DNA of 58,715 nucleotides from an uncultured bacterium (GCA_964480475.1 CAYZPW010000004.1:1-58715); one strand, 5' to 3'. Numbered from the stretch's first letter, positions 9,045 to 18,253 are shown. Program-made: numbers and translations. The notes: generated by a model from the sequence alone, not told the origin.

Positions 9045-10661
9045 TTAGTCAAGGATAAGATCGTAGATTGCCAGCTCGCAGGCGTATTCGAGCGTCCCCG
9101 GATGGCACATAACGGCGACTAAGGTGTGGTCGCCCTCGGAGAACCTGGGGTCGCCTGATACCGCTATTTCGTCAAGGAAAAACGGCCCGTGCCACGGCCA
9201 CGCCCGGGGCTGGAGCGTGAGATTGCTCAGGATCGGGCTTATCTCTCGCGTCCACTCGCCGGCAGAGAAGGTCAGAATCTCCGCAGTCGGGGTAATGACG
9301 GCCAGATAGACATCGACGTTCGCCTCGATATATCTCGACGCGCTGCCGGAGAGGAACACACAATAGGCACCATCTGCCTCCTCGACGTCCATGACGATGC
9401 GTGGGGCGATGCGGTAATGAAAGCCCATGTCAACGATGCCAGTGTCGGGCACAAAGTCGGTGCGCGTGGTGTAGAACTGCATCCCCGCCTCCTCAACGGA
9501 TACGCCGCCCGCGTCGATGCAGGGGCTATCCACGTCCTGCCCTGCCGCTGTGCTGCTGAGGAAGTATTCCTGGGAGCTTTGGTCATCCGAGCTGAATATC
9601 GGGTCGAGATCGATATTGCCCTCGCCCTCCAGACCGCCCTGGACGCAGCAATATTGCCCATCATAGTTCGCTGATGTGCCTGTACCCCAGAGGATGGAAG
9701 ACTGGGTCATGTTCTGCCCCCAACCGTAGCCGCGTGCGGTCAGTTCATGGTCTATAAGAGTCGAGTTTTGAACAATGCAGCGACCTCCCCAGATGGCAAA
9801 TGTGCCCCAAGTTGTGTTGTTGTTCAGCAGTAGGCAGTTTGTCAAGGTATAGGCTGTGCCGTAATCAGGAGCTCTTCCCGTATATGACCCGGCCCCCAGG
9901 AGCCCGCAGTCTCCCATCAGATAGTAGTTCTGGCAGCAGCCGTAACCACCGCTGTTGTTGGTGAAAACGCTGTCTGAGACTATCGCGCTTCCTGCCATGG
10001 CATAATACCAGTCGAACCACGAGATGCACGGTGAGCAGTCCGACATGTTCCAGGTGAAATCGCAATCGGTCACGATCAGATGCGGACGGGTTGGATGATT
10101 CACTTCCATGCGTATTCCTGCAGAGGTGCCTCCTGCGATGTTCGCGTGGAAATCGCATTTTATGAATTCTGCGTACGATCGATGGCCCACGTATGCACCT
10201 GTTGTTTGATAGAAGTGGCAGCAACAGGCCACCAACTCGCTATTCGCTCTGGCCTGAATGCCCTTGCCCTGGTAGTTACCATCAATCTGCACTCGCGATA
10301 GCACCAGCTTTGCCGAATCGCTCAGAACAAAGGCAAAACCCTCCTCAGGCTCAAAAGAAGCCGACGCGAAGACAGACTCACCGATGGTCTGCAGATAGAC
10401 CGTTCGCTCGATGGTGAATGGGAACGCCTCGTGAGCCGAGTCATACATCCCGTATGCATACTCAAGATAGACCATCGTCAACTCCGCCTCTTGGTCACGC
10501 GAGTACTCCAGCGCCTCGGTCAGGCTGCTAAACGCATCGGGTATAAACCCGGTGGGTGAGACCTGCAGGATGAGCGGTGAGGCGCCAGCGTGGCCGGGCA
10601 AGGCCCCAATCGTAAAGCTTGAGATGATGCACAGTGTTGCGAGTGTGGCTGTTCTTGTCAT
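9045..10661 (-). CDS. Exported right-handed beta-helix (pectin-lyase-like) protein with shared terminal module
   Basis: ATG 10661 after AAGGAGG; signal peptide; repeated xxCxFxxN strands; SPCIDAG...DMGFHY; C-terminal VDVYLAVITP module. Confidence 0.75.
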   Translation of the reverse strand: MTRTATLATLCIISSFTIGALPGHAGASPLILQVSPTGFIPDAFSSLTEALEYSRDQEAELTMVYLEYAYGMYDSAHEAFPFTIERTVYLQTIGESVFASASFEPEEGFAFVLSDSAKLVLSRVQIDGNYQGKGIQARANSELVACCCHFYQTTGAYVGHRSYAEFIKCDFHANIAGGTSAGIRMEVNHPTRPHLIVTDCDFTWNMSDCSPCISWFDWYYAMAGSAIVSDSVFTNNSGGYGCCQNYYLMGDCGLLGAGSYTGRAPDYGTAYTLTNCLLLNNNTTWGTFAIWGGRCIVQNSTLIDHELTARGYGWGQNMTQSSILWGTGTSANYDGQYCCVQGGLEGEGNIDLDPIFSSDDQSSQEYFLSSTAAGQDVDSPCIDAGGVSVEEAGMQFYTTRTDFVPDTGIVDMGFHYRIAPRIVMDVEEADGAYCVFLSGSASRYIEANVDVYLAVITPTAEILTFSAGEWTREISPILSNLTLQPRAWPWHGPFFLDEIAVSGDPRFSEGDHTLVAVMCHPGTLEYACELAIYDLILD

Positions 10662-10744
10662 TTTGACCTCCTTCAAGTTGTTCTCAACGTCATCATACTA
10701 CACTTTGCCAGGCGCATTTTGCGGCACATTTCAGCCCGGGATTA

Positions 10745-10760
10745 AGCATTATTCGTGCCA
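10745..10760 (-). promoter_or_regulatory. Candidate sigma54 -24/-12 promoter
   Basis: TGGCACGAATAATGCT (GG-N10-GC) about 85 bp upstream of the beta-helix gene start. Confidence 0.4.
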
Positions 10761-10860
10761 TTGTGGCCTTTTTTCTGCCGGTGTGGTTCGCGATAGGGCG
10801 ATAGAACGGCGATCTGGCAATGCGCAGCCCTGAATCAGCCGATTTCCGGCACATCCCAGG

Positions 10861-10966
10861 GTGGATCAAAACTGATCCACTTCTGACGAATCTACAAGCC
10901 CCCAATCCTCGAAATAGGCCCTCTATTCGCCCATTTGTTGGGGTGGGTCAAAAATCGACCCACCCC
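10861..10966. promoter_or_regulatory. Pair of related perfect palindromes (operator/enhancer sites or IS-end remnant)
   Basis: GTGGATCA-AAAC-TGATCCAC (10861-10880) and GGGGTGGGTC-AAAAATC-GACCCACCCC (10940-10966). Confidence 0.45.
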
Positions 10967-11099
10967 TCCGGCCGCCATTATGGGGCAGAGCTTAAATCCC
11001 TACTTTGAGCCCGGTCAAAAAGCTGTGCTGTCAGGCTAGGTCGCGCGTTCCCACCTGCCTGAAAAAGGGCTGCATGACGATTCTCGGCCCGGTATTCGC

Positions 11100-11128
11100 T
11101 TGACATGGCGGTGTTCCGGAGATATATT
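11100..11128 (+). promoter_or_regulatory. Sigma70-type promoter of glnA
   Basis: TTGACA-17 nt-TATATT about 130 bp upstream of the ATG. Confidence 0.65.
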
Positions 11129-11259
11129 GCCCCGCTGCTGTCGAAGACCAGGGCTTTCTGGTGGTGCGATTCGATGTGAGGCTTTCCACTCAAGCTCGAT
11201 CGGGATCGGGACAGAGGGCGGCGGGCGGCATTTACTCACGATTTCATAGGGAGAGATAA

Positions 11260-12702
11260 ATGGCTATTGCAGAGATTCGAACCATGGACGACCTGATTGG
11301 CTATCTTGCGGGCAACTTCCGCTCATGCGACCTCAAGTATTGCGACCTTGTAGGTCGATGGCGCCACGTAACGGTCCCGGTCAGCGATAAGGGGATGGGG
11401 CTTCTGAAGGCAGGCGTCGGTTTCGACGGGTCGAGCGTGCCCGGTTTCACGAGGCTCGCGCGAGGGGACATGCTCTTGCGGCCGGACCCGACCACGGCTT
11501 TCGTTGACCCGTTTTTCGAGGAGCCGACGCTCAGCGTTATATGCGACTGCGTGCTTTGCGACACGTATGAGCCTTTCGAGCGCGACCCTCGGCATATAGC
11601 GCGAAAGGCGGAGAAATACCTGGCCGGATTCGGCGTCGCAGACGAGAGCTCTTGGCTGCCTGAGCTCGAGTTCAACCTCGTCTCGGCCGTCTCATTCTAC
11701 GACGAGTGTTACGGCTCGGGCTACACTATGCGTGCGATGGAGTCCCGCAGCGCTCTGTCATCGCTTGGCGAGGAGGGCGTTGACATCGGCCTCGGCCCCA
11801 AGGACGGCTATCAGGCAGCGCCTCCACTTGATCAGCTGCTCGACGTGCGCATGCGCATGGTTCGCGCGATGGAGGACGCAGGGATAGGCGTCAAATATCA
11901 TCATCACGAGGTTGGAGCGGACGGTCAGGTTGAGATCGAGTGCCTCCACGACGGATTGCAGCGCACGGCGGATAACATATTGCTGGGCAAATACCTCATT
12001 CGCAATATAGCCCGCGAGGCCGGTTCAGTGGCCGTGTTCCTTCCAAAGCCGTTCTTTGGCGAGGCTGGCAATGGGATGCACTTCCACCAGTTTCTGAAGA
12101 AGGATGGCAAGCCCATTTTCTACAAAGAAGGCGCCTACGCGAATCTGAGTGACGAGGCGCTATACTATATAGGTGGAATACTCAAGCATGGCAGATCGCT
12201 GCTTGCCTTCACGAGTCCCAGCACCAATTCCTATAGAAGATTGGTGCCGGGTTATGAGGCGCCGACGAATCTGTTCTTCTCGTCCGGCAATCGGTCGGCC
12301 GCGATTCGGATTCCGCTTTACGCGGACACACCGGAGACGAAGTGCATCGAGTTCAGACCTGGTGACGCGACGGCCAATCCTTATCTGGCGCTTTCTGCGA
12401 TGCTGATGGCAGGCCTGGACGGCATCAAGAACAAGATCGAGCCGACCCATGAGGGTTTTGGGCCGTTTGACACGGACGTGGCTGAGATGTCGGCCGAGGA
12501 GTTGGCCAAGATAACGCCTGTGCCGAAGAATCTGGAGGAGGCGCTTCAGGCGCTGAAGGACGACCATTCGTATCTGCTGGCAGGCGGCGTCTTCCCGAGG
12601 GATGCGATAGATGTTTGGGTCGATTACAAGCTCCAAAACGACGTGAAGGTTATAGGCCGCCGGACGCATCCTTACGAGATCGCTCTCTATTTCGACCTGT
12701 AG
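11260..12702 (+). CDS. glnA: Type I glutamine synthetase
   Basis: GFDGSS, HHEV, PKPFFGEAGNGMH, RLVPGYEAP, NRSAAIRIP, IEFRPGD..ANPYL. Confidence 0.97.
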   Translation: MAIAEIRTMDDLIGYLAGNFRSCDLKYCDLVGRWRHVTVPVSDKGMGLLKAGVGFDGSSVPGFTRLARGDMLLRPDPTTAFVDPFFEEPTLSVICDCVLCDTYEPFERDPRHIARKAEKYLAGFGVADESSWLPELEFNLVSAVSFYDECYGSGYTMRAMESRSALSSLGEEGVDIGLGPKDGYQAAPPLDQLLDVRMRMVRAMEDAGIGVKYHHHEVGADGQVEIECLHDGLQRTADNILLGKYLIRNIAREAGSVAVFLPKPFFGEAGNGMHFHQFLKKDGKPIFYKEGAYANLSDEALYYIGGILKHGRSLLAFTSPSTNSYRRLVPGYEAPTNLFFSSGNRSAAIRIPLYADTPETKCIEFRPGDATANPYLALSAMLMAGLDGIKNKIEPTHEGFGPFDTDVAEMSAEELAKITPVPKNLEEALQALKDDHSYLLAGGVFPRDAIDVWVDYKLQNDVKVIGRRTHPYEIALYFDL

Positions 12703-12742
12703 GTGTTGGGTCTGGCTCCGTTATGACTGCGTGCAGTGCGGT

Positions 12743-12848
12743 GTAGGGGCGGCGTCTCAGACCCGCCCGCCTGCATGAATCCCTGCGGATACGAGGCATG
12801 TTATGCGGCAATCGATTTGAAAGGGCGGGTCTGAGACCGCGCCGCTAC
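12743..12848. repeat. GTAG REP doublet, copy 2
   Basis: Inverted GTAGGGGCG..GTCTCAGACCCGCCC arms around the conserved spacer TGAATCCCTGCGGATACGAGGCAT. Confidence 0.85.
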
Positions 12849-13144
12849 GGCGTGCGCTCATTTACGATTTCAAAGAGCAGAAGATCGAGTTTCTCTGCAA
12901 CTACGGGGTCTTAACTACTGGATTCGACGCGCCGAAGACCAAGTGCATCGCGGTCTGCCGCCCGACGACGAGTGAGGTCCTCTATGAACAGATTATCGGC
13001 CGGGGGCTTCGTGGCCCTAAATTCGGTGGCAGTCAAAAGTGCACGATAATCGACTTCGCCGACAACATCCACCGCCTCGGTCCTCCCCCGGCCTATGCCC
13101 GGTTTGCAGAGTTCTGGAATGACGAGCAGATCGAGAGAGAATGA
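12848..13144 (+). pseudogene. 3' fragment of a superfamily 2 DEAD/DEAH helicase
   Basis: Hand translation: FLCNYGVLTTGFDAPKTKCIAVCRPTTSEVLYEQIIGRGLRGPKFGG..CTIIDFADN (motifs V and VI); in-frame TGA at 12818 upstream with no start codon between. Confidence 0.85.
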
Positions 13145-13292
13145 AGGTGCGTCTGGGGAAGGGCCAAGAATGGCTTTAGCCCAAGAAGACCCTTCGCCTG
13201 ACCTTATGAGCATTATAAGGAGGGGGGGTGAGTCAGGCTGCCCCGGATCCCACAGCTGAAGGGCATATAGCGGGGGGTCGGCCGCCCCGGAT

Positions 13293-13460
13293 CCCCCATC
13301 TTAAGATGGGGGTTAGGACAATCGTAGCCGTCTGCATCGCCTCGGCTGAAGCCGGGCGATGGGATGGCCCGTGCCGAGAGTTCATCCCTCCGAATCACCG
13401 CGTTTCAACGCGGTGATATAGATGGTTCCAATTATCCTAACCCCCGAATTCATTCGGGGG
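13293..13460. repeat. Array of four hairpins beside TnpA (REP/IS200-end-like)
   Basis: CCCCCATCTTAAGATGGGGG (13293-13312), ATCGCCTCGGCTGAAGCCGGGCGAT (13336-13360), ATCACCGCGTTTCAACGCGGTGAT (13394-13417), CCCCCGAATTCATTCGGGGG (13441-13460). Confidence 0.8.
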
Positions 13461-13511
13461 ACCTGAGAGGGCGACGCGACTCCCCCTCCTCTCTCCTCTT
13501 TTCTGGTCATT

Positions 13512-13949
13512 CTACCCCAGAGCACAGCCATACCGCCTCGCGAAAGCCTCATACTCCTCCGCGAATGTCCTTACCCTATGATGCTCCTCCTGCCCCTCGA
13601 TATAGGCGATGACATCCTCCAGAACGGATTGCGAAACTGAAAACGCGCCATAGCCCCTCGCCCACCGGAAGTGCCCCATCACCAGCCGATTGGCATTGAT
13701 CCACCGAGATGAACTCCCCTTTAGAAGCTTCACAGCTCCATCCACGGATCGCGTAGCAGACAGATCGATCAGTGCATGCACATGATCGGGATTGACGTAA
13801 AGCGCCTTGATGTATATGCCATTGGATTCAGCGATAGACATGAGGCAATTGGATACGCGCGCCGCGTTCTCGCCGTGGAGAACCTTCTCTCTTCTGAAAG
13901 TTGACCAGATCAGATGAATCCAGCAACGAGAATGCGAGTGCTGGGGCAA
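13512..13949 (-). mobile_element. tnpA: IS200/IS605-family Y1 HUH transposase (possibly REP-associated); no tnpB
   Basis: HLIWST, HUH motif PDHVH, KGSSSRWIN, WARGYGAFSVS, catalytic Tyr in AYIEGQEEHH. Confidence 0.9.
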
Positions 13950-14003
13950 CTCTCCGTCTCCATCGTGGATATTGATTCAGTCGCTGCGCGTCGCGTGACT
14001 TTC

Positions 14004-14585
14004 TCACTCCTTGACGAGGCCTGAAAAGCCCATGAAGGCGAGGGAGAGGATGCCCGCCGTGATGAGGCCGATTGAGATGCCCTTGAGGGGCTTGGGCACG
14101 TCCATGAGCTCGATGCGCTCGCGCAGGCCGGCGAAGATGATGATGGCGAGCGCGAATCCAACCGCGCCGCTAAAGCCGTAGAAGAGGGTCGAAAGTAGAG
14201 TGAACTTCTTCTGAATGTTGAGGATCGAGACGCCCAGAACAGCGCAGTTGGTCGTGATCAGCGGGAGGTAGATGCCGAGCGCCTTGTAGAGCGCCTGGCT
14301 CATTTTTTGGACGAACATCTCAACCAGTTGCACGAGCGCGGCGATGATCAGGATGAATGCGATGATCTGAAGGTATTCGAGGCCGAGCGGGACGAGTAGA
14401 AAGTAGTGGACAGTCCATGAGACGATTGAGGCCATTGTCATGACGAATATGACTGCGGCGCCCATCCCGACTGCCGTTTCGACGCGCTTGGAGACGCCGA
14501 GGTAGGGACATATCCCCAAGAATCGTGCCAGCACGAAGTTGTTGACGAAGACGGCGCTGATTATCAGAAGGAGTATCTCAGTCAT
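14004..14585 (-). CDS. rnfA: Rnf/Rsx electron transport complex subunit A
   Basis: NNFVLARFLGICPYLG, LPLITTNCAVLG, RERIE; six TM helices. Confidence 0.95.
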   Translation of the reverse strand: MTEILLLIISAVFVNNFVLARFLGICPYLGVSKRVETAVGMGAAVIFVMTMASIVSWTVHYFLLVPLGLEYLQIIAFILIIAALVQLVEMFVQKMSQALYKALGIYLPLITTNCAVLGVSILNIQKKFTLLSTLFYGFSGAVGFALAIIIFAGLRERIELMDVPKPLKGISIGLITAGILSLAFMGFSGLVKE

Positions 14586-14604
14586 TTCTGCTCGCGCGCC
14601 TCAT

Positions 14605-15198
14605 CTATTTCCTGTTCATCTCGATCTTGTTCATCAGCCCAAGCAGCAGGCCAAGGGTAATGAACGCGCCGGGAGGGAGTATCATTATGAGGAACTTCTC
14701 GTAGCTTGTGCCCATCACCTGGACACCGAAGACGGTTCCGTTGCCAAGAATCTCCCGGATGGCTCCCAGAACGATGAGTGCGACGGTAAAGCCAAAGCCC
14801 ATCCCGAGGCCATCGAGCAGCGAGCGGAAGACGGTGTTCCGCGACGCGAACGCCTCGGCCCGGCCCAGGATGATGCAGTTGACGACGATGAGCGGGATGA
14901 AGAGGCCGAGGCTCCTGTAGAGCTCGATAAAGAAGCCGTGCATGACGAGATCGACGATGGTTACGAACGACGCGATGACGACGATGAAGCAGGGGATTCT
15001 GACCTTCTTTGGGATAATCTTCCGTATCATTGAGATTATGACATTGGAGCAGACGAGAACGAACGTCGCGGCGAGCCCCATTCCGACGCCGTTTTCTACC
15101 GAGGTCGTAACCGCAAGGGCAGGGCATAAGCCCAGCACCAGCTTCAGAAGCGGGTTGAGCTCCCAGAAACCTTTGGTGAACTCTCTGACCGCGCTCAA
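14605..15198 (-). CDS. rnfE: Rnf/Rsx subunit E
   Basis: LGLCPALAVT, RIPCFIVVIA, IPLIVVNCIILGRAEAFAS, LPPGAF. Confidence 0.95.
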   Translation of the reverse strand: MSAVREFTKGFWELNPLLKLVLGLCPALAVTTSVENGVGMGLAATFVLVCSNVIISMIRKIIPKKVRIPCFIVVIASFVTIVDLVMHGFFIELYRSLGLFIPLIVVNCIILGRAEAFASRNTVFRSLLDGLGMGFGFTVALIVLGAIREILGNGTVFGVQVMGTSYEKFLIMILPPGAFITLGLLLGLMNKIEMNRK

Positions 15199-15262
15199 GC
15201 TGACTCACCCTCATCAGTCGCAGGCCGGAGGCCGGAGATTCGCCGAACGGCGAATTGGCGGT

Positions 15263-15832
15263 TCATTGCGTCTTCTTCTCGTAGATAGCTTTGTGAGCGA
15301 GAAGACCGAGTCTCACGGCGATGCAGACGGCCCTCGGTGAGATCGTCGCCCCCGTGATTTGATCGATATCGCCTCCGTCCTTTTTGACGGATATCTTGAA
15401 TTTGGCCAGCGACTTGCCGACGAATTGATCGGTAAACGCTTTCTCGACGATCTTGGCCCCTAGTCCGGGCGTCTCGGCGTGCTTTAGGATGTAGATTCCG
15501 GTTATCTTGCCGTCCGGGGCTATTCCGAGCATGGTCTCGATGGTGCCGCTGTAACCGGCCCCAGTCTTGACCTTGACGGCGCGTCCGACGACCTTGCCGT
15601 CCTTCTTGCCCACGTAGAACTCGTATTCGGTCCCCTGGTATTTGTGCTTTTCGACTTCCTTCAGTGGGTCGTTCGTATATGGAGGCAGCACGGCCTTGAC
15701 CGCTTTCAGCTGCTCGTTCCTTTCCGCTTCCTGTATCGGCTCCTTAGTCACTTTGTGGACTTGCGACAGCGCAAACGCAGCAACGCAGCAGACAATGGTG
15801 AGCACGGCAACCATCTTTGGCACAGTATCCAT
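15263..15832 (-). CDS. rnfG: Rnf/Rsx subunit G
   Basis: True start MDTVPK at 15832 (TAATG overlap with the rnfD stop); GYSG, ETPGLG, FMN site DQITGATISPRAV. Confidence 0.92.
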   Translation of the reverse strand: MDTVPKMVAVLTIVCCVAAFALSQVHKVTKEPIQEAERNEQLKAVKAVLPPYTNDPLKEVEKHKYQGTEYEFYVGKKDGKVVGRAVKVKTGAGYSGTIETMLGIAPDGKITGIYILKHAETPGLGAKIVEKAFTDQFVGKSLAKFKISVKKDGGDIDQITGATISPRAVCIAVRLGLLAHKAIYEKKTQ

Positions 15833-16830
15833 TATCCTTTGACCTCCCCCAGGATTCTGGGTTTTGTGAACTTGTCTATTAGCGGCGTCAGAGCATTCAT
15901 GAAGAGGATAGAGAACGACACACCCTCCGGATACCCGCCATAGAATCTTATGATCATCGTCAGAAGACCGCAACCGACGCCGAAAATAAACATGCCCTTC
16001 TTGGTGACTGGTGACGTAACCATGTCGGTCGCCATGAATAAGGCGCCAATCATCAGGCCGCCGGAAAAAACGTGGAAACCCGGACTGGCGTACGTTGTCG
16101 AGTCCATCAGCCAATAGATACCTGAGTAAACGACAACCGTCCCGATGTATGCGACCGGAATATGCCAGCTGATGACCTTTCTTATGAGAAGATACCCCGC
16201 GCCCAGAAGGAGAGCCAGCGCCGATACTTCGCCGAGGCAGCCGGGCACGTTCCCTACGAAGAGGTCCGATAATAGGACCTTTGCGGAGTTCTTGAGATGC
16301 AGCCCCATGTCTATGTCCGTCTTCAGCAGGTTAAGCGGCGTCGCGGTCGAGATGGCGTCCGTGCCGCCTCTGCCTCCGAACGGGGCTGGGAACGTTGTCA
16401 TGAATGACGGCCAGGCGATGAGAAGAACTACCCGGGCCACCAGAGCCGGGTTGAAGGGGTTGCTGCCCAGCCCTCCATACAGGTGCTTTCCGAGGAACAT
16501 CGCTATGAAGCCGCCTGTAACTGCGAGCCACCAGGGCGCTGTTGACGGGAGGTTGAACGCTAGTAGAAGCCCCGTAACCACAGCGCTGCCGTCGGAGGCC
16601 CTTACCGACTTGCCGAACAAGCGCAATAAAAGCGCCTCAAACACAACGCAGGACAGAACGGTGATGACGATTGTCATAAGCGCTGGCAGCCCGAAGAAAT
16701 AGACCCCTGCAAATGCCGCCGGGACAAGGGCGAGATTGACGTCCCACATTATGCGGCTGACCGACTCAGGCGCCCTGATGTGCGGGGAGGACGAAACAAC
16801 TAGAACGTCAGCCAAACCAGTTCGCGTCAT
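15832..16830 (-). CDS. rnfD: Rnf/Rsx subunit D
   Basis: SSSPHIR, GGLGSNPFNPA, FMN site DAISTATPL, GCLGEVS, FMATDMVTSP, YPEGVSF. Confidence 0.95.
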   Translation of the reverse strand: MTRTGLADVLVVSSSPHIRAPESVSRIMWDVNLALVPAAFAGVYFFGLPALMTIVITVLSCVVFEALLLRLFGKSVRASDGSAVVTGLLLAFNLPSTAPWWLAVTGGFIAMFLGKHLYGGLGSNPFNPALVARVVLLIAWPSFMTTFPAPFGGRGGTDAISTATPLNLLKTDIDMGLHLKNSAKVLLSDLFVGNVPGCLGEVSALALLLGAGYLLIRKVISWHIPVAYIGTVVVYSGIYWLMDSTTYASPGFHVFSGGLMIGALFMATDMVTSPVTKKGMFIFGVGCGLLTMIIRFYGGYPEGVSFSILFMNALTPLIDKFTKPRILGEVKG

Positions 16831-16919
16831 TACTTAGCTTGCAAACCGCCATTGATTCCCTGCTTGGACACCTATTCAGCCTGACTCTCGACACTGTCCG
16901 CCCGGCCAAAACGCCCCAA

Positions 16920-16947
16920 ATAATACGGCCCGCCATTTTCGTGTCAA
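16920..16947 (-). promoter_or_regulatory. Sigma70-type promoter directly upstream of rnfD
   Basis: Minus strand TTGACA-16 nt-TATTAT about 90 bp before the rnfD ATG. Confidence 0.55.
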
Positions 16948-17054
16948 GCAAAAATGGGGAGTTTGCCCCTTGGCTGACGTCGCCTGAATAACCAGGTTTG
17001 ATGGCAATCATCTTTAAGACCGCCCTTTGGGCGTGTTGGCGTCCGCAGACCAGC

Positions 17055-17144
17055 GTAGGGGTTCGCCGCGCGGCGAATGTCTGCCCTGCCTGTAACGTCG
17101 CGTGCTTACGAGCAAACGGGCGGAGACAAGCCCCGGCCCCGCAG
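17055..17144. repeat. Degenerate REP-like inverted pair
   Basis: GTAGGGG...GCCC left arm; right arm reads GGGGCCGGGGCTTGTCTCCGCCC on the minus strand. Confidence 0.35.
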
Positions 17145-17276
17145 TATCGCTCCGGCTTTCGGCTGTTGAGTAAGCCGCATCTACTGTGGTATTCTCGCGT
17201 GGCTTCGAGGCAAGGCTGGCCTTCAATAGAGGTCAGAAAACGCATTTGAGTTTTGATCTCAGGACGGGGATTTGCA

Positions 17277-17780
17277 GTGTCTAATGGCAGAGTTTACATC
17301 AAGAGACTGATTGTTCGCTCGTTGTTCCTGGTTGTTGTGGCGAGCGCCATAGGCCTCATCGTCAACGCAGTGCGGACGCCCAACGTCGATCTGTTCGGTT
17401 ACAAGCCGCCAAAGAAGAAGATCGTGGAGGCCGCAAAGCCGGGCCAGGAGGCGACGGTGTCCGAGATCGATCTCGCGACTGTGCTCACTCTCCAGAAGGC
17501 CCAGGGTGTAGTCTTCATCGACGCTAGAAAGAAGGTCGAGTTCGACACGGGGCATATACGAGGCGCGATCAACATCCCGTCCGAGAGCTTCGAGGAGGCA
17601 TTCCCGCCTCATAGGCGATCTCTCCTGAAGGCCGCCAAGATCGTGACGTATTGCAGCGACGTTGAGTGCGACGAGGCTTATGAGCTGGCGGAGATGCTTC
17701 GCGAGGCGCTGAAGCGGCCGATACTCGTCTTCGGCGGCGGGATGAAAGAATACCGGGGGAAGGGGCCTGTCGAGGAATGA
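17277..17780 (+). CDS. Membrane-anchored rhodanese-like domain protein
   Basis: N-terminal TM helix, FIDAR, GHIRGAINIP, IVTYCSDVEC active loop; start uncertain (17253 or 17277). Confidence 0.85.
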   Translation: MSNGRVYIKRLIVRSLFLVVVASAIGLIVNAVRTPNVDLFGYKPPKKKIVEAAKPGQEATVSEIDLATVLTLQKAQGVVFIDARKKVEFDTGHIRGAINIPSESFEEAFPPHRRSLLKAAKIVTYCSDVECDEAYELAEMLREALKRPILVFGGGMKEYRGKGPVEE

Positions 17781-18253
17781 GCGAACGGTCGGCCGTGTGC
17801 ATTCTCAAGCTCGTCTTCTGGAACAGGATAACCGCGCTCGTCTTCAGGGTCTTCGTCGGCGGGGTCTTCGTCTATGCCAGCATCGACAAGATCATCCACC
17901 CCAGCCAATTCGCGGAGATGGTCTATAACTACCGCATCCTGCCGCACATCATCATCAACTTCTTCGCAGTCATCCTACCCTGGATAGAGCTCGTCATCGG
18001 CCTGTGCCTCATCCTGGGCCCGTTCTCCGACGGCGCCTCGGCCGTAACAGCGGGACTGCTTGTCGTCTTCATCATCGCAAGCGCCGCGGCGCTCGTCCGG
18101 GGCCTCGACATCAGCTGCGGCTGTTTCACAACGTCCGGCGAGGGCGCGAGGGCAGGCTGGAACGTCATCATCACAAACAGCTTCCTCATCGCCATGCTCG
18201 CCCAGTCCTTCTTCTTCAAACTCCGCCGACAGAGGCCGCGCGCGGAGGTGTAA
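17777..18253 (+). CDS. MauE/DoxX family redox-associated membrane protein
   Basis: YASIDKI, LPWIE, RGLDISCGCF; 4-bp overlap with the rhodanese gene. Confidence 0.88.
   Translation: MSERSAVCILKLVFWNRITALVFRVFVGGVFVYASIDKIIHPSQFAEMVYNYRILPHIIINFFAVILPWIELVIGLCLILGPFSDGASAVTAGLLVVFIIASAAALVRGLDISCGCFTTSGEGARAGWNVIITNSFLIAMLAQSFFFKLRRQRPRAEV

Noticed and set aside
11130-11259. Glutamine riboswitch in the glnA leader
   Set aside because: No recognisable glnA-motif core sequence was found.
12911-13213. 100-aa minus-strand ORF
   Set aside because: It is the antisense shadow of the helicase fragment, whose motifs are on the plus strand.
15833-16114. N-terminal extension of rnfG in the ORF track
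   Set aside because: It overlaps rnfD; the TAATG coupling at 15832 marks the real start.
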